Shown here: piece by piece, positions 8,950 through 19,079 of the stretch | Layout of the letters: every line of letters begins with the position of its first letter | Numbering within the stretch: the stretch's first letter is position 1 | The notes under the pieces: generated by a model | The model's input: only the letters and a program-made list of their open reading frames with translations | What the model was told of the DNA's origin: nothing | The model's database searches: none | Program-made: the position numbers and the translations under genes | NCBI GenBank assembly: GCA_963664405.1 | Contig: OY761158.1 | Location: 1,824,001-1,888,000, forward strand | Origin: Thermoanaerobaculia bacterium | GTDB lineage: Bacteria; Acidobacteriota; Thermoanaerobaculia; Multivoradales; Multivoraceae | Direction: 5' to 3' | Length of the DNA stretch: 64,000 bases

Positions 8950-11334
8950 ATGGGCAGAGAAGATCCAGACCCCACCCGCCAGCGTGCCGCCGACGAAGAT
9001 TTCGGAGGCCCGGTTCGCTACGGACTGATCGCTTTTCTGGTCGCACTCGCGCTTCTCAACGCCCAGGTCACGGTCACCCGTCTTCTCGCCTATCGCTTCT
9101 TCTACCACTTCGTCTTCTTCGTCATTTCACTATCGCAGCTGGGCCTCGCCGCCGCCGGCGCATGGGTTTACGCGTCGCGGCGACTGCCGCGAATGAATCT
9201 CGACCTCTTGCGCTGGCTTCTTCTCCTCGCTGCTTCTCCACTTCTGGTTCTTGCCGCATATAGCTGGCTCGGCCCACGCCCGAATCTCTCCTTCGGCAAG
9301 CTCGACGGCCCCACGGCCTACGGCTACCTGAGCCTTCTCTCGATCCTCCTCGTCGTCCTCAACTTCGCCGGCGGCATGGTGCTCACCACGCTCTTTACCG
9401 GCTTCAAGGAGCACATCGGGCGGCTTTACGCAGCCGACCTCGTGGGCGCCTCACTCGGGTGCCTGGCCTCGGTCGGCTTGATGATGTACGCCGGCCCCAT
9501 CCGCGCGTTCTTGATGTCGGGAGTCGCGGCCCTCCTGGCGGCCCTGGGGCTCCTCATTCTCCTCGAGGGGAAGGGTCGAAGGCCCAGCCAGAATCTCACT
9601 CAGCCTCGACTCGTATCGGCCTGGGTCTTTCTCATGCTCTTCCTCTGCCTGGGTCTCGCCTTTCCCGGCCTTTTCGACCCCAATCTGCGCTTCCCCGATA
9701 GAGCGGGCCGTCTTACCCGCTCGGCCTGGACTCATATAGCAAGAACCGATGCCACGGGACCCGCGAGCTACGTGATCGACGGCGACGCCTACACCGATGT
9801 GTACAGCGGTCTTCCCCAAGGCGGTGTCGATCCACCATCGCCGAGCTACGAGCTCGTGAGCCCAGGACCCGACGTTGCAATCATCGGCGTCGGAGCCGGA
9901 CCCCAGCTCGTCGTAGCTCTGGAGCGGGGTGCCACCTCGGTCCTCGCGGTCGACATCAACCCCACCATCATCGCGTGGTCCAAAGACGAAGACCGCCAGT
10001 TCAATCAGGACATATTCAACCGCCCCGAAGTAACGGTCCAGGTCGCGGAGGGACGACACGCGCTGCGGTCGAGCGAGAAGGATTTCGATCTCATCGTCAT
10101 GCACGCAATCGATACCTGGACGGCGTCATCGCAGGGCGCCTACAGCCTCACCGAGAACTTTCTCTATACCAGTGAGGCGATGCGAGACCTACTCTCGAAG
10201 CTGAGACCGGGAGGAGTCGTTTCGATTCGCCGCTGGCTCTTCTGGCCGCCCCGCGAGAGTCTGCGCCTCTTCACCACCATCAACGATGCGCTCGAGCGCG
10301 AGGGTTTCGAGGAGCCCGAGCGCCACCTCATCGCGGTCTCGCCGGAACAGCAGTTTCGCGACCCGGAGCTGAAAGTCTGGGGCTTTGTATTCTTCTCCAA
10401 CCAGCCATTCGGAGAGGAGCAGCTGGCGCGGCTCGACCGCTATGTCGAGAGTCGCCATTGGAGCTATCTCTACCGCCCCGGCGAGTCGATTTCGACCCCC
10501 TTCACCGAATTCTTGAATGCACATGATCGCCAAGCCTTCTATGACCCTTACCCCTACATCGTCACCCCGGCAAGCGATGCCAACCCCTTCTTCTTCCAAA
10601 TCGCCTCGCCTTGGTCGGACTGGGGATCGGGAGAGACTCAAAAGCTCTCGGGTGTGATTTACCGACAGAGCTCCTCGCTTCTTGTTCTCTGCCTCGTGCT
10701 CGCCGTCGTTCTCACCGTCGCCCTTCTCGGAGTTCCCCTCTTCCTTCGGCGCGGGGACCTCTCCGGCGACCGACAGCTCGGCACATCCGTCGTCTATTTC
10801 GGCTGCCTCGGATTTGGTTTCATGGCCATCGAGCTACCCGTGATTCAAGTCATGACGCTCTTTCTGGGCCACCCGACCTATGCGCTCAGCGTGGTCCTCC
10901 TCGGCCTGCTCGCGGCAGCCGGCGCCGGGAGCAGTCTGATGGGAAAGCTGCCGACGGCTGCAGGGCGGATCGCCATCGCGGTGGTCATCGTTCTCGCCAT
11001 CGGCTCCGGGCTGACCCTGTTGCCGGCGGTGCACGCCCTCATTCATCTACCAGACCCGATCCGCTTCGGACTGACCTTGGTTTACGTGGTCGCCATCGGG
11101 GTTCCTCTCGGCATGCCCTTTGTCGCCGGCGTGCGTCTCCTCGATGCGGCGCGGCCGCATCAGGTTGCCTGGGCCTGGGCTGTGAACGGCGCGACGGCGG
11201 TTGTCGGTTCTTGCTTGCTGATGATCCTGATGGTCTTTTCAGGCAGCGGCGCCAGTTTCGCTTTGGCGGCAGTCGCTTACGGCATCGCCTTTTTGGCACG
11301 ACCTCGCCTCGCCCTCAAAGAGGCCTCTCGATAG
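8950..11334 (+). CDS. membrane-bound SAM-dependent methyltransferase / spermidine-synthase-like protein
   Basis: N- and C-terminal TM blocks, LYAADLVGA, IIGVGAG, VDINP, EGRH, YSLTENFLYTSEA, LFLGHPTYALSVVL and WAWAVNG. Confidence 0.8.
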   Translation: MGREDPDPTRQRAADEDFGGPVRYGLIAFLVALALLNAQVTVTRLLAYRFFYHFVFFVISLSQLGLAAAGAWVYASRRLPRMNLDLLRWLLLLAASPLLVLAAYSWLGPRPNLSFGKLDGPTAYGYLSLLSILLVVLNFAGGMVLTTLFTGFKEHIGRLYAADLVGASLGCLASVGLMMYAGPIRAFLMSGVAALLAALGLLILLEGKGRRPSQNLTQPRLVSAWVFLMLFLCLGLAFPGLFDPNLRFPDRAGRLTRSAWTHIARTDATGPASYVIDGDAYTDVYSGLPQGGVDPPSPSYELVSPGPDVAIIGVGAGPQLVVALERGATSVLAVDINPTIIAWSKDEDRQFNQDIFNRPEVTVQVAEGRHALRSSEKDFDLIVMHAIDTWTASSQGAYSLTENFLYTSEAMRDLLSKLRPGGVVSIRRWLFWPPRESLRLFTTINDALEREGFEEPERHLIAVSPEQQFRDPELKVWGFVFFSNQPFGEEQLARLDRYVESRHWSYLYRPGESISTPFTEFLNAHDRQAFYDPYPYIVTPASDANPFFFQIASPWSDWGSGETQKLSGVIYRQSSSLLVLCLVLAVVLTVALLGVPLFLRRGDLSGDRQLGTSVVYFGCLGFGFMAIELPVIQVMTLFLGHPTYALSVVLLGLLAAAGAGSSLMGKLPTAAGRIAIAVVIVLAIGSGLTLLPAVHALIHLPDPIRFGLTLVYVVAIGVPLGMPFVAGVRLLDAARPHQVAWAWAVNGATAVVGSCLLMILMVFSGSGASFALAAVAYGIAFLARPRLALKEASR

Positions 11335-11362
11335 TATCTACGCGACCCATAGGAAGCTACGA

Positions 11363-11558
11363 ATGCGCCATGGACTCATCCTCTCACCGCACCCTCGATC
11401 CAGGGTCAGGTCGCTGCCGCCGGCCGTGCCGAGGCGCGTGGTTTTCACTCGGTCTGGGTCACCGAGTCCACCCGCTCCTCTACTCACCCAGTGCGGGAAT
11501 GAGCCCCGAGCGCATCGAAGAGAATGTGAACGCCATCATCGACACAGTAGGACAATAG
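11363..11558 (+). pseudogene. collapsed remnant of an LLM-class (luciferase-like) oxidoreductase
   Basis: MRHGLILSPH, then a shifted frame PSIQGQVAAAGRAEARGFHSVWVTES (LLM N-terminus), joined to a third-frame C-terminal-like tail PLLYSPSAGMSPERIEENVNAIIDTVGQ*. Confidence 0.6.
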
Positions 11559-11570
11559 GAGAGATCCGAG

Positions 11571-12335
11571 ATGTTGCGACTACGACAAATATGCCTGGTA
11601 GCCCAGGAGCTACGCCCGGTCCTCGACGAGCTAACGGGCGTTTTCGATATCGAAGTCTGCTATGTCGACCCGGGGGTCGGGCACTTCGGCCTCGAGAACT
11701 CGCTGATGCCGATCGGCAATGAGCTCCTCGAGGTGGTTGCACCGATCCAGGAGAACACCGCCGGCGGCCGCTATCTGGAGAGGCGTGGTGGTGACGGTGG
11801 CTACATGGTCATCACCCAGTGCGACGATCACGAGCATCGCCGGCAGCGGGCCACCGAGCTCGGTATTCGCATTGCCCACCAGGGCGAGCACGGCGGCTTC
11901 CACAACATGCAGCTCCACCCTAAAGACACCGGCGGCAGCTTCTTCGAGATCGACGGGCAAGACGACGGAGAGGCCCCCGATGGCCCTTGGACACCCGCCG
12001 GCCCGAACTGGCAGAGGTCCAAGCGCACCGATGTGGTGAGTGCCATTCTCGCCGCCGAGATCCAGAGCCCGGATCCCCAATCCCTGGCTCAGCGCTGGAG
12101 CGAGATTGCCGAGCGTCCGCTCACACGAGGAGCGGGAGGCGCGCCGGAGCTGCCTCTCGACAACGCAGTCGTCCGTTTCGTGCCTTGCACCGACGGCCGG
12201 CCGGAGGGCCTCGGCGGTCTCGACCTCCAGGCTGTCGACCCGGGGCGAGCGCTCGATGAAGCGGATCGGCGCGACAAGCGCATTTCGGACGACACAGTCT
12301 TGATCTGCGGCACCCGCTTCCGATTGGTGAGCTGA
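11571..12335 (+). CDS. VOC/glyoxalase-like family protein
   Basis: LRLRQICLVA, GHFGLEN, LEVVAP, TAGGRYLERRGGDGGYMVI and QLHPKDTGG. Confidence 0.8.
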   Translation: MLRLRQICLVAQELRPVLDELTGVFDIEVCYVDPGVGHFGLENSLMPIGNELLEVVAPIQENTAGGRYLERRGGDGGYMVITQCDDHEHRRQRATELGIRIAHQGEHGGFHNMQLHPKDTGGSFFEIDGQDDGEAPDGPWTPAGPNWQRSKRTDVVSAILAAEIQSPDPQSLAQRWSEIAERPLTRGAGGAPELPLDNAVVRFVPCTDGRPEGLGGLDLQAVDPGRALDEADRRDKRISDDTVLICGTRFRLVS

Positions 12336-12336
12336 G

Positions 12337-15015
12337 TTACGCGGTAGGAGCCGGCGTCTCGAGAGCGGCATGCGCCGCCGCCAGACGCGCCACCGGGACG
12401 CGGAAGGGCGAGCAGCTGACGTAATCCAATCCCTGGCGATGGAAGAAATGGATCGAGCGCGGGTCGCCGCCGTGCTCTCCGCAAATGCCCATGACCAAGC
12501 CTGGGCGGGCCTCTCGGCCGCGCTGGACACCCAGCGTTACCAGCTGCCCGACACCCCCTTCGTCAATCGTGGCAAATGGGTCGGCGTCTAGGAGTCCCCG
12601 CTCTACATACTCGGGAAGGAAGCGACCGGCGTCGTCTCGCGATAGCCCCATCGCCGTCTGGGTGAGGTCGTTGGTGCCCCAGCTGAAGAAGTCCGCGTGC
12701 TCGGCGATCTCGGCCGCCTGAAGTGCCGCGCGAGGGAGCTCGATCATGGTTCCGATATGCAGAGGCACCGACTGCCCTCGCTCGCGTAAGACTTCGCCCG
12801 CCGTCGCCACGATCCTCTCCCGAATGTGAGAAAGCTCCTCTGCATTCATCACCAACGGAACCATCACCTCGGGCTGGACCTCGCCTCCCTCCTCGATGAC
12901 ATCACAAGCCGCGTTGTAGAGAGCGCGCACCTGGGTCTCGTAGATCTCGGGATACAGAAGTCCCAATCTACACCCTCGCAAGCCAAGCATCGGGTTCTGC
13001 TCCCGCAACCCTTCGGTCTTGCGACGCACTTCCGCCACCTTCAGACCCAGATCGTCGGCAATCGCCTCGATCTCGCTCAGCTCCACCGGCAGAAACTCGT
13101 GCAGGGGCGGATCGAGAAGGCGAACGGTCATCGGCCGACCCGCCATCGTCCGCAACAGATCGGCAAAGTCCTTGCGCTGCACTGGCTCGATTTTGTTCAA
13201 GGCACTGCGCCGTTGCGCTGCGGTGTCCGCCAGAATCATCTCTCGCACCGAAAGAATGCGGTGAGGGTCGAAGAACATATGCTCGGTCCTGCACAGGCCG
13301 ATGCCCTCGGCGCCGAGCTCCACCGCCCGAGCCGCATCCACGGCAGTCTCCGCATTCGCTCGCACACCCAGGCTGCGAATCTCGTCTGCCCAGCCAAGCA
13401 AGGTGCCGAAGTCAGCACCGACTTCGGCCTCGATAGTGGGCACGGCTCCCAGCAGGACCTCGCCACTCGCTCCATCGACCGTCACCACCGAGCCCGCCTT
13501 CAAGACCCTGACCTCTTCCCCCCCTTCTACTCGCACCTCCCCTGCATCTTCATCGATTACCAGGTTTCCACAGCCCACCACGCAGGTTCGACCCATGCCT
13601 CGAGCGACGACGGCAGCGTGCGAGGTCATCCCGCCGGTTCGAGTAAGAATCGCCCGCGCCGCGTGCATGCCATGAATGTCTTCGGGGCTGGTCTCGCTGC
13701 GAACGAGGACCACCGACTCCCCCGCCTTCCCCAGACGCTCAGCCTCGGCGGAGTTGAATACGATGCGGCCGCTGGCCGCCCCAGGTGACGCGGGCAGCCC
13801 GCGGGCGATCAGATCCCTCGGCGCGTGTGGATCGATCTGAGGATGAAGAAGCTGATCCAACTGCTCGGGCGCCACTCGCCGCACCGCAGTCGCACGATCG
13901 ATCATCCCCTCCTCGGTCATCTCGACGGCGGCGCGAAGGGCCGCACTGGCAGTGCGCTTTCCACTCCTCGTTTGCAGCACCCACAGCTTGCCCTCTTCGA
14001 CAGTGAACTCGACATCCTGGATATCGCGGAAGTGACGCTCCAATCCGACCAGCAGCTCGTCCAACTCGCGATAGATCTCGGGCAACGCTTCTTCGAGCGA
14101 GGGTGGCGAGTCCGGCGACGATGCCGACCCTCGCAACGGTCCCGGTGTCCGGATGCCCGCCACCACGTCTTCGCCTTGAGCGTTCGCCAGCCATTCCCCC
14201 ATCGGCTCGCGCTCGCCGGTCGCCGGGTTGCGGCTGAAGGCGACACCGGTGGCGGAGCTCGGGCCCAGGTTGCCGAAGACCATCGCCTGCACATTCACCG
14301 CCGTTCCCCAAGAGTCCGGAATACCGTTGAGCATCCGGTAGGTGCGAGCCCGCTTGCCATACCAACTGAGAAAGACAGCGGCCAGAGCCTCGCGCAACTG
14401 CCGACGAGGATCGTGCGGAAAGGGCTTGCCGACACCGTTCTCGTAGATCGCCTGCAACTCGCCGATTATGATCTCGAGATCGCGCTCGTCGAGCTGGTGG
14501 TCGAAGCCAACGCCTCGCCTCTCTTTGCGCCGCCGCAGCGGCTCTTCGAGATCTTCCCTCGGCAGCCCATTGACCACATCCCCGAACATCTGTAACAGCC
14601 GGCGATAGGAATCGAGCGCGAAGCGACGGTCGCCGGTTCTCGACGCCAATCCCTCGACAGTATCGGCGTTGAGCCCGAGGTTGAGGACCGTGTCCATCAT
14701 TCCCGGCATCGACTCGCGAGCGCCGGAGCGCACCGAGACCAGCAGAGGGCGACCCGGATCACCGAAGCGAGGGCCTGCCAGCGAGGCCTCGATGTGGGCG
14801 ATGCCATCCTCGATCCCTTGAAGCACGTCCGGGCTCAGCACCGAGCCGGCCTCGAAGAACTCCCTGCACAGATTTGTCGGCAGGGTGAAGCCGGGCGGCA
14901 CCGGTAGCCCGAGGCGGCACATTTCCGCGAGATTGGCACCCTTGCCGCCAAGGAGCTCTCGCATCTGCTGGTCTCCGGCCGCTTGGCCCTGAGCGAAGGG
15001 ATACCAACTAGGCAT
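12337..15015 (-). CDS. ppdK: pyruvate, phosphate dikinase
   Basis: LLGGKGANLAEM, LLVSVRSGA, GGMTSHAAVVARG (phospho-His), GIGLCRTEHMFF and GICGEHGGDP. Confidence 0.97.
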   Translation of the reverse strand: MPSWYPFAQGQAAGDQQMRELLGGKGANLAEMCRLGLPVPPGFTLPTNLCREFFEAGSVLSPDVLQGIEDGIAHIEASLAGPRFGDPGRPLLVSVRSGARESMPGMMDTVLNLGLNADTVEGLASRTGDRRFALDSYRRLLQMFGDVVNGLPREDLEEPLRRRKERRGVGFDHQLDERDLEIIIGELQAIYENGVGKPFPHDPRRQLREALAAVFLSWYGKRARTYRMLNGIPDSWGTAVNVQAMVFGNLGPSSATGVAFSRNPATGEREPMGEWLANAQGEDVVAGIRTPGPLRGSASSPDSPPSLEEALPEIYRELDELLVGLERHFRDIQDVEFTVEEGKLWVLQTRSGKRTASAALRAAVEMTEEGMIDRATAVRRVAPEQLDQLLHPQIDPHAPRDLIARGLPASPGAASGRIVFNSAEAERLGKAGESVVLVRSETSPEDIHGMHAARAILTRTGGMTSHAAVVARGMGRTCVVGCGNLVIDEDAGEVRVEGGEEVRVLKAGSVVTVDGASGEVLLGAVPTIEAEVGADFGTLLGWADEIRSLGVRANAETAVDAARAVELGAEGIGLCRTEHMFFDPHRILSVREMILADTAAQRRSALNKIEPVQRKDFADLLRTMAGRPMTVRLLDPPLHEFLPVELSEIEAIADDLGLKVAEVRRKTEGLREQNPMLGLRGCRLGLLYPEIYETQVRALYNAACDVIEEGGEVQPEVMVPLVMNAEELSHIRERIVATAGEVLRERGQSVPLHIGTMIELPRAALQAAEIAEHADFFSWGTNDLTQTAMGLSRDDAGRFLPEYVERGLLDADPFATIDEGGVGQLVTLGVQRGREARPGLVMGICGEHGGDPRSIHFFHRQGLDYVSCSPFRVPVARLAAAHAALETPAPTA

Positions 15016-15127
15016 GGCTGAAGGTCCGAGAACTGTGCATGAGTGAACGGCGGCTATATTAGCGCGGGGGAGATCCGAGTCGAGCACGCGATGAGCGATG
15101 CGCCTCCGCCTTTGCTATGTTGGCGCG

Positions 15128-16387
15128 ATGATCCGCTTTCGGTGCTTCGTCAGACATGGAGCTGAGCTACTCCTGCTCCGACGCCCCGGGGGAAGCTGGG
15201 GCGTTCCCAGCGGTGCCGGCGAGGAGCCTATTGGTGACGAGGAGCCAAGAGAGCTCCTGAGGCGGCTCGGATTGAACGGAGCGCACCTCAACACCGGCGG
15301 AGATCCTCACCAGATCACCAACGGCGCCGGTAGGCGCTACCAGGCCTTCCTCTACGACGCGCCAAAAAGAGAGCTCGAGGAACGAGAGGGATCTCTCGAG
15401 GCAAGATGGCTGGCGGCACCGGAGCTTCTCCTCCTTCGCGACTCTGTCTCCGACCTCTGGGACTCGTATCGCACCGTTTCCCCGAGCCTCAGCCAGGTGC
15501 GAACGGATCGCGACCACGGTTCTTCGTGGATCTCGCTCCGCGCCCTGGAGGTCCTGCGCGACGAGGCGGTCGATCTCGGGCGTGCCGGCGCCGAGCCCGA
15601 GGACGCCGAGAAAAAACTCGTCGGACTTGCTGAAGATCTCCGCAATACCCACCCCTCGATGAGTGCGGTCTCCAATCGACTCCACCGAGCCTTTGCCACG
15701 GCTCGCGAGAGAACGGGCCAGAACAATTTCGCGATCGACCTGGCAGCCGCTGCCCAAGCGACACTCTCCGAAGTCATGGACCACGAGCTTGCCGCCGCCA
15801 GAGAAGCCGCTTCCCTGGTTCGGGGGAGATCGGTGCTCACCCTCTCTCGCTCAGAGAGCGTCAGCCAGGCGCTCCTTCTCGGCTCTCCGGCGTCGCGAGT
15901 CTTCGTCGCCGAGTCGAGGCCGGGGGGCGAAGGAGAAGTCGTGGCTCGCGAGCTGGCAAGAAGAGGGCTCGACACCACGCTCGTCGCGGACGCGGCGATG
16001 GGTAGAGTCCTCGCCGACGGTCGAGTCGACCTGGTGTTGGTGGGGGCCGATGCCATCCTCGCTGACGGCACGGTCGCCAACAAATGCGGCACTCGGCTTG
16101 CCGCCCTCGCCGCCAAGAGCCTTGCGGTGCCCGTCTACGTGGTCGCCGCGAGCGACAAGATCTCGCCGAGTCTGAGCATCGACCTCGAAGGAGATCGGTG
16201 CGACGGCGGCAAGGAGAGCTGGAGCAGCGGGCCACGCTCTTTTCGTCCTCTATTCGAGCTCACTCCCGCTGAGTTGATCTCGAAGATCGTCACCGAGGAG
16301 GGGCCCGTGGAGCCTTCGGATCTGGCACCCCTCTGCGCCGAGGCGGAACGACTCGAGCGACTGTCGGGACTGAGCACGCTACGATAG
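15128..16387 (+). CDS. NUDIX-like domain fused to eIF2B-like (IF-2B / sugar-phosphate isomerase) domain
   Basis: N-terminus FVRHGAELLLLRR..SWGVPSG; C-terminus DRDHGS, TLSRS, ESRPGGEG, VLVGADAIL..G.VANKCGT and FELTP.ELI..IVTE. Confidence 0.75.
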   Translation: MIRFRCFVRHGAELLLLRRPGGSWGVPSGAGEEPIGDEEPRELLRRLGLNGAHLNTGGDPHQITNGAGRRYQAFLYDAPKRELEEREGSLEARWLAAPELLLLRDSVSDLWDSYRTVSPSLSQVRTDRDHGSSWISLRALEVLRDEAVDLGRAGAEPEDAEKKLVGLAEDLRNTHPSMSAVSNRLHRAFATARERTGQNNFAIDLAAAAQATLSEVMDHELAAAREAASLVRGRSVLTLSRSESVSQALLLGSPASRVFVAESRPGGEGEVVARELARRGLDTTLVADAAMGRVLADGRVDLVLVGADAILADGTVANKCGTRLAALAAKSLAVPVYVVAASDKISPSLSIDLEGDRCDGGKESWSSGPRSFRPLFELTPAELISKIVTEEGPVEPSDLAPLCAEAERLERLSGLSTLR

Positions 16388-16394
16388 CCAGGCA

Positions 16395-17519
16395 ATGAAG
16401 AACTACGATCTGGCCATCGTAGGAGGCGGCATCGTCGGCGCCTCGCTCGCCTACCACGCAGCGCGCTTGGGCGCCCGAACGCTTCTCATCGACCGCGAGG
16501 ACGAAGGACGAGCAACTGACGCCGGTGCCGGTATCGTCTCACCGGAGACTACGGCCACCGAGAGCTCGGCTCTTCATGACCTGGGGCGCCTGGCCGCCGC
16601 CTACTACCCGGAGCTCCTCGGCGACCTCGACTCAGATACCGGGTACCAACGCTGCGGCATACTCGTCGTCGCCGCCAACGACTGGGAGACCCAGTTCTTC
16701 GACGAGCTCACCACCGCCCTTGCGCGACGCCACCAGGAGAGTGAAGAAACCGCCCCACTTCCCCAGGAGATCGAGCCGAGGGCCGCACTGGAGATGTACC
16801 CACCCCTCGGCCTCATGAAACGATGTCTGTGGAGCCACGAAGCGGCGCGGATCGACGGACGCAAGACCTGCAGCGCCCTCTCGACAGCAGCCGAGGGCCT
16901 TGGCGTCGAAGTCCTCGTGGACAGCGTCAGTAGTCTCATTCTCGAGCACAAGCAAGTGCTCGGAGTGCGCGTTGGCGAGGAAGACCTGACAGCCAACGCT
17001 GTCGTCATCGCTGGTGGCGCCTGGTCGCCAACCTTCGCCGCCCAGCTCTCCTTTCCGCTGCCGGTCGAGCCGCAGCGCGGCCAGATCGCGCATCTCCATC
17101 TCGAGGGCGCCGATTCCGAGAACTGGCCAATGATCAACGGCTTCCGTGAGCACTACATGGTGGCGTGGCCGGGAGGACACATCTCGGCCGGCGCCACCCG
17201 AGAAGAAGGCGCCGGCTTCGACCCCCGGATCACCACCTGGGGCGTGCAAGAGGTTCTGGGAGAGGCGCTGCGCGTCGCTCCGGGACTGGCCGATGCAACC
17301 GTGGTCGAGATGAAAGTCGGGCTCCGGCCTCTCAGTCCAGACGGCCTACCGGTACTCGGCCGAGCTCCCGGTTTCGACAACCTGTGGCTCGCCACCGGCC
17401 ACGGCCCCTCGGGTCTGACTCTGGGGCCCTACTCCGCAAAGCTGGTGGCACAAGCCGCCCTCGGCGGCGAATGGTCACCTTGGCTGGCCGCCTTCGACCC
17501 CGCCAGGTTCTTAGATTAG
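16395..17519 (+). CDS. DAO-family FAD-dependent oxidoreductase (YurR-like)
   Basis: IVGGGIVG, ATDAGAGI, PQRGQI, GLRPLSPDGLP and TGHG..GLTLGP. Confidence 0.88.
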   Translation: MKNYDLAIVGGGIVGASLAYHAARLGARTLLIDREDEGRATDAGAGIVSPETTATESSALHDLGRLAAAYYPELLGDLDSDTGYQRCGILVVAANDWETQFFDELTTALARRHQESEETAPLPQEIEPRAALEMYPPLGLMKRCLWSHEAARIDGRKTCSALSTAAEGLGVEVLVDSVSSLILEHKQVLGVRVGEEDLTANAVVIAGGAWSPTFAAQLSFPLPVEPQRGQIAHLHLEGADSENWPMINGFREHYMVAWPGGHISAGATREEGAGFDPRITTWGVQEVLGEALRVAPGLADATVVEMKVGLRPLSPDGLPVLGRAPGFDNLWLATGHGPSGLTLGPYSAKLVAQAALGGEWSPWLAAFDPARFLD

Positions 17520-17531
17520 CGCAGCGCCGCC

Positions 17532-17900
17532 TCACAAAGAGCGAGCCGAAAGGGCGAAGACGACGAAGGCGGCGATCATGAGAGTGCCGCCGATAGGAGT
17601 TATAGCGCCGAGCCATCGAGGACCGCCCAGAGCGAGGATTGCGACAGTACCGCTGAAGATCAAGGTTCCGCCGAGAAGTAGCCCGCCCGCCCACAGTAGA
17701 CTCCCGCTCTCACGCGACTGAGCAACGATTCCAATCAGCACTAATCCCAGGCCACTGTACATCGAGTAACGCGCCGCCGTCTCCCACAAGGCGAGCGCAT
17801 CTGCATCCAGGCGAGCCCGGAGGCCGTGCGCACCGAAAGCGCCACCGAGCACCGAGAGGGCGCAGAGAAGTGCGCCGGAAACGATCCAAGCTGAGCTCAT
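17532..17900 (-). CDS. DUF423-family membrane protein
   Basis: GAFGAHGL, WETAARY, IFSG and WLGAITPIGG. Confidence 0.88.
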   Translation of the reverse strand: MSSAWIVSGALLCALSVLGGAFGAHGLRARLDADALALWETAARYSMYSGLGLVLIGIVAQSRESGSLLWAGGLLLGGTLIFSGTVAILALGGPRWLGAITPIGGTLMIAAFVVFALSARSL

Positions 17901-18023
17901 GATCTCCCTCCTACAGACAGCATCCTGCGCGCCATGCTACCAACCGGAGACGCTGCTAGACTTCCTCGCGTCGAATCGGCACCAAGGCCCCCCTATCGAT
18001 CTGCTCAGCCCCACCGACCAAGG

Positions 18024-19079
18024 ATGAAAGACCTCCTCGAACAACTCTCCCCCTATCTCGAGAACCAGTGGGTGCGCTCACTTCTCATCCTGCTCGGCGC
18101 TCTGCTGGCTGCGAAGCTGACCGACTTCGCCATCACGCGGGTGGTGCGGCGCTTCACGGCAAAGACCCGCACCGACTTCGACGATCGGATCGTCGCTCTT
18201 CTGCATCGGCCGGTGTTCATCAGCGTGCTCCTCGCCGGTCTTGGCCTCATCACCACCGTACTCGATCTGCCGCCAGTTCTTCGCCTGAGTGTGCAGCGAA
18301 TCCTCAAGACTATCGCCATCCTGCTGTGGTCGCTGGTGATGATGCGCATGGTCACTTTGATCCTCGAGCAACTAGGCCGACTCCGCGACCGCTTCGCCAT
18401 GATCAAGCAAGAGACGGTCATTCTCTTCTCGAATCTGGCGAGAGTGCTGATTTTTGGTGGCGCTGTTTACTTCGTCTTTTTGAGCTGGAATATCGATGTC
18501 ACGGCCTGGATGGCTTCGGCGGGGATCGTCGGCATCGCCATCGGGTTCGCCGCCAAAGACACGCTCTCCAACCTCTTCGGAGGCGTATTCATCCTCGCCG
18601 ACGGTCCCTATAGAGTCGGCGACTTCATCAATCTCGACCGAGGTGAGCGTGGGATGGTCACTGACATCGGTCTGCGTACCACCCGCCTTCTGACCCGGGA
18701 CGACGTCGAGGTGACCGTTCCGAACTCTGTGATCGCGCAATCGACCGTGGTCAACGAGAGCGGCGGCCCCTGGAAGAAGACGAGGATCCGGGTCAAGATC
18801 GGCGTCGCTTACGGCTCCGACATCGATTTGGTGGAGGAGACGCTGTTACGCATCGCAGTCGCCCACGAAAAGGTCTGCGAAGAACCTGAGCCGCGAGTCC
18901 GCTTCCGCGCTTTCGGCGACTCCAGCTTGGACTTCGAGCTGCTGTGCTGGATCAGTGAGCCGGTCTTTCGAGGCCTCGTCCTTCACGAGCTCAATCGTCA
19001 GGTGTACAAAGAGTTCGGCCGGTTGGAGATCCAGATCCCCTTCCCGCAGCGAGACGTACACCTGCTCAAAGACGACTAG
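18024..19079 (+). CDS. MscS-family mechanosensitive channel
   Basis: GIAIGFAAKDTLSNLFGG, PYRVGD, IGLRTT, VPNS, GVAYGSD and IPFPQRDVH. Confidence 0.92.
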   Translation: MKDLLEQLSPYLENQWVRSLLILLGALLAAKLTDFAITRVVRRFTAKTRTDFDDRIVALLHRPVFISVLLAGLGLITTVLDLPPVLRLSVQRILKTIAILLWSLVMMRMVTLILEQLGRLRDRFAMIKQETVILFSNLARVLIFGGAVYFVFLSWNIDVTAWMASAGIVGIAIGFAAKDTLSNLFGGVFILADGPYRVGDFINLDRGERGMVTDIGLRTTRLLTRDDVEVTVPNSVIAQSTVVNESGGPWKKTRIRVKIGVAYGSDIDLVEETLLRIAVAHEKVCEEPEPRVRFRAFGDSSLDFELLCWISEPVFRGLVLHELNRQVYKEFGRLEIQIPFPQRDVHLLKDD

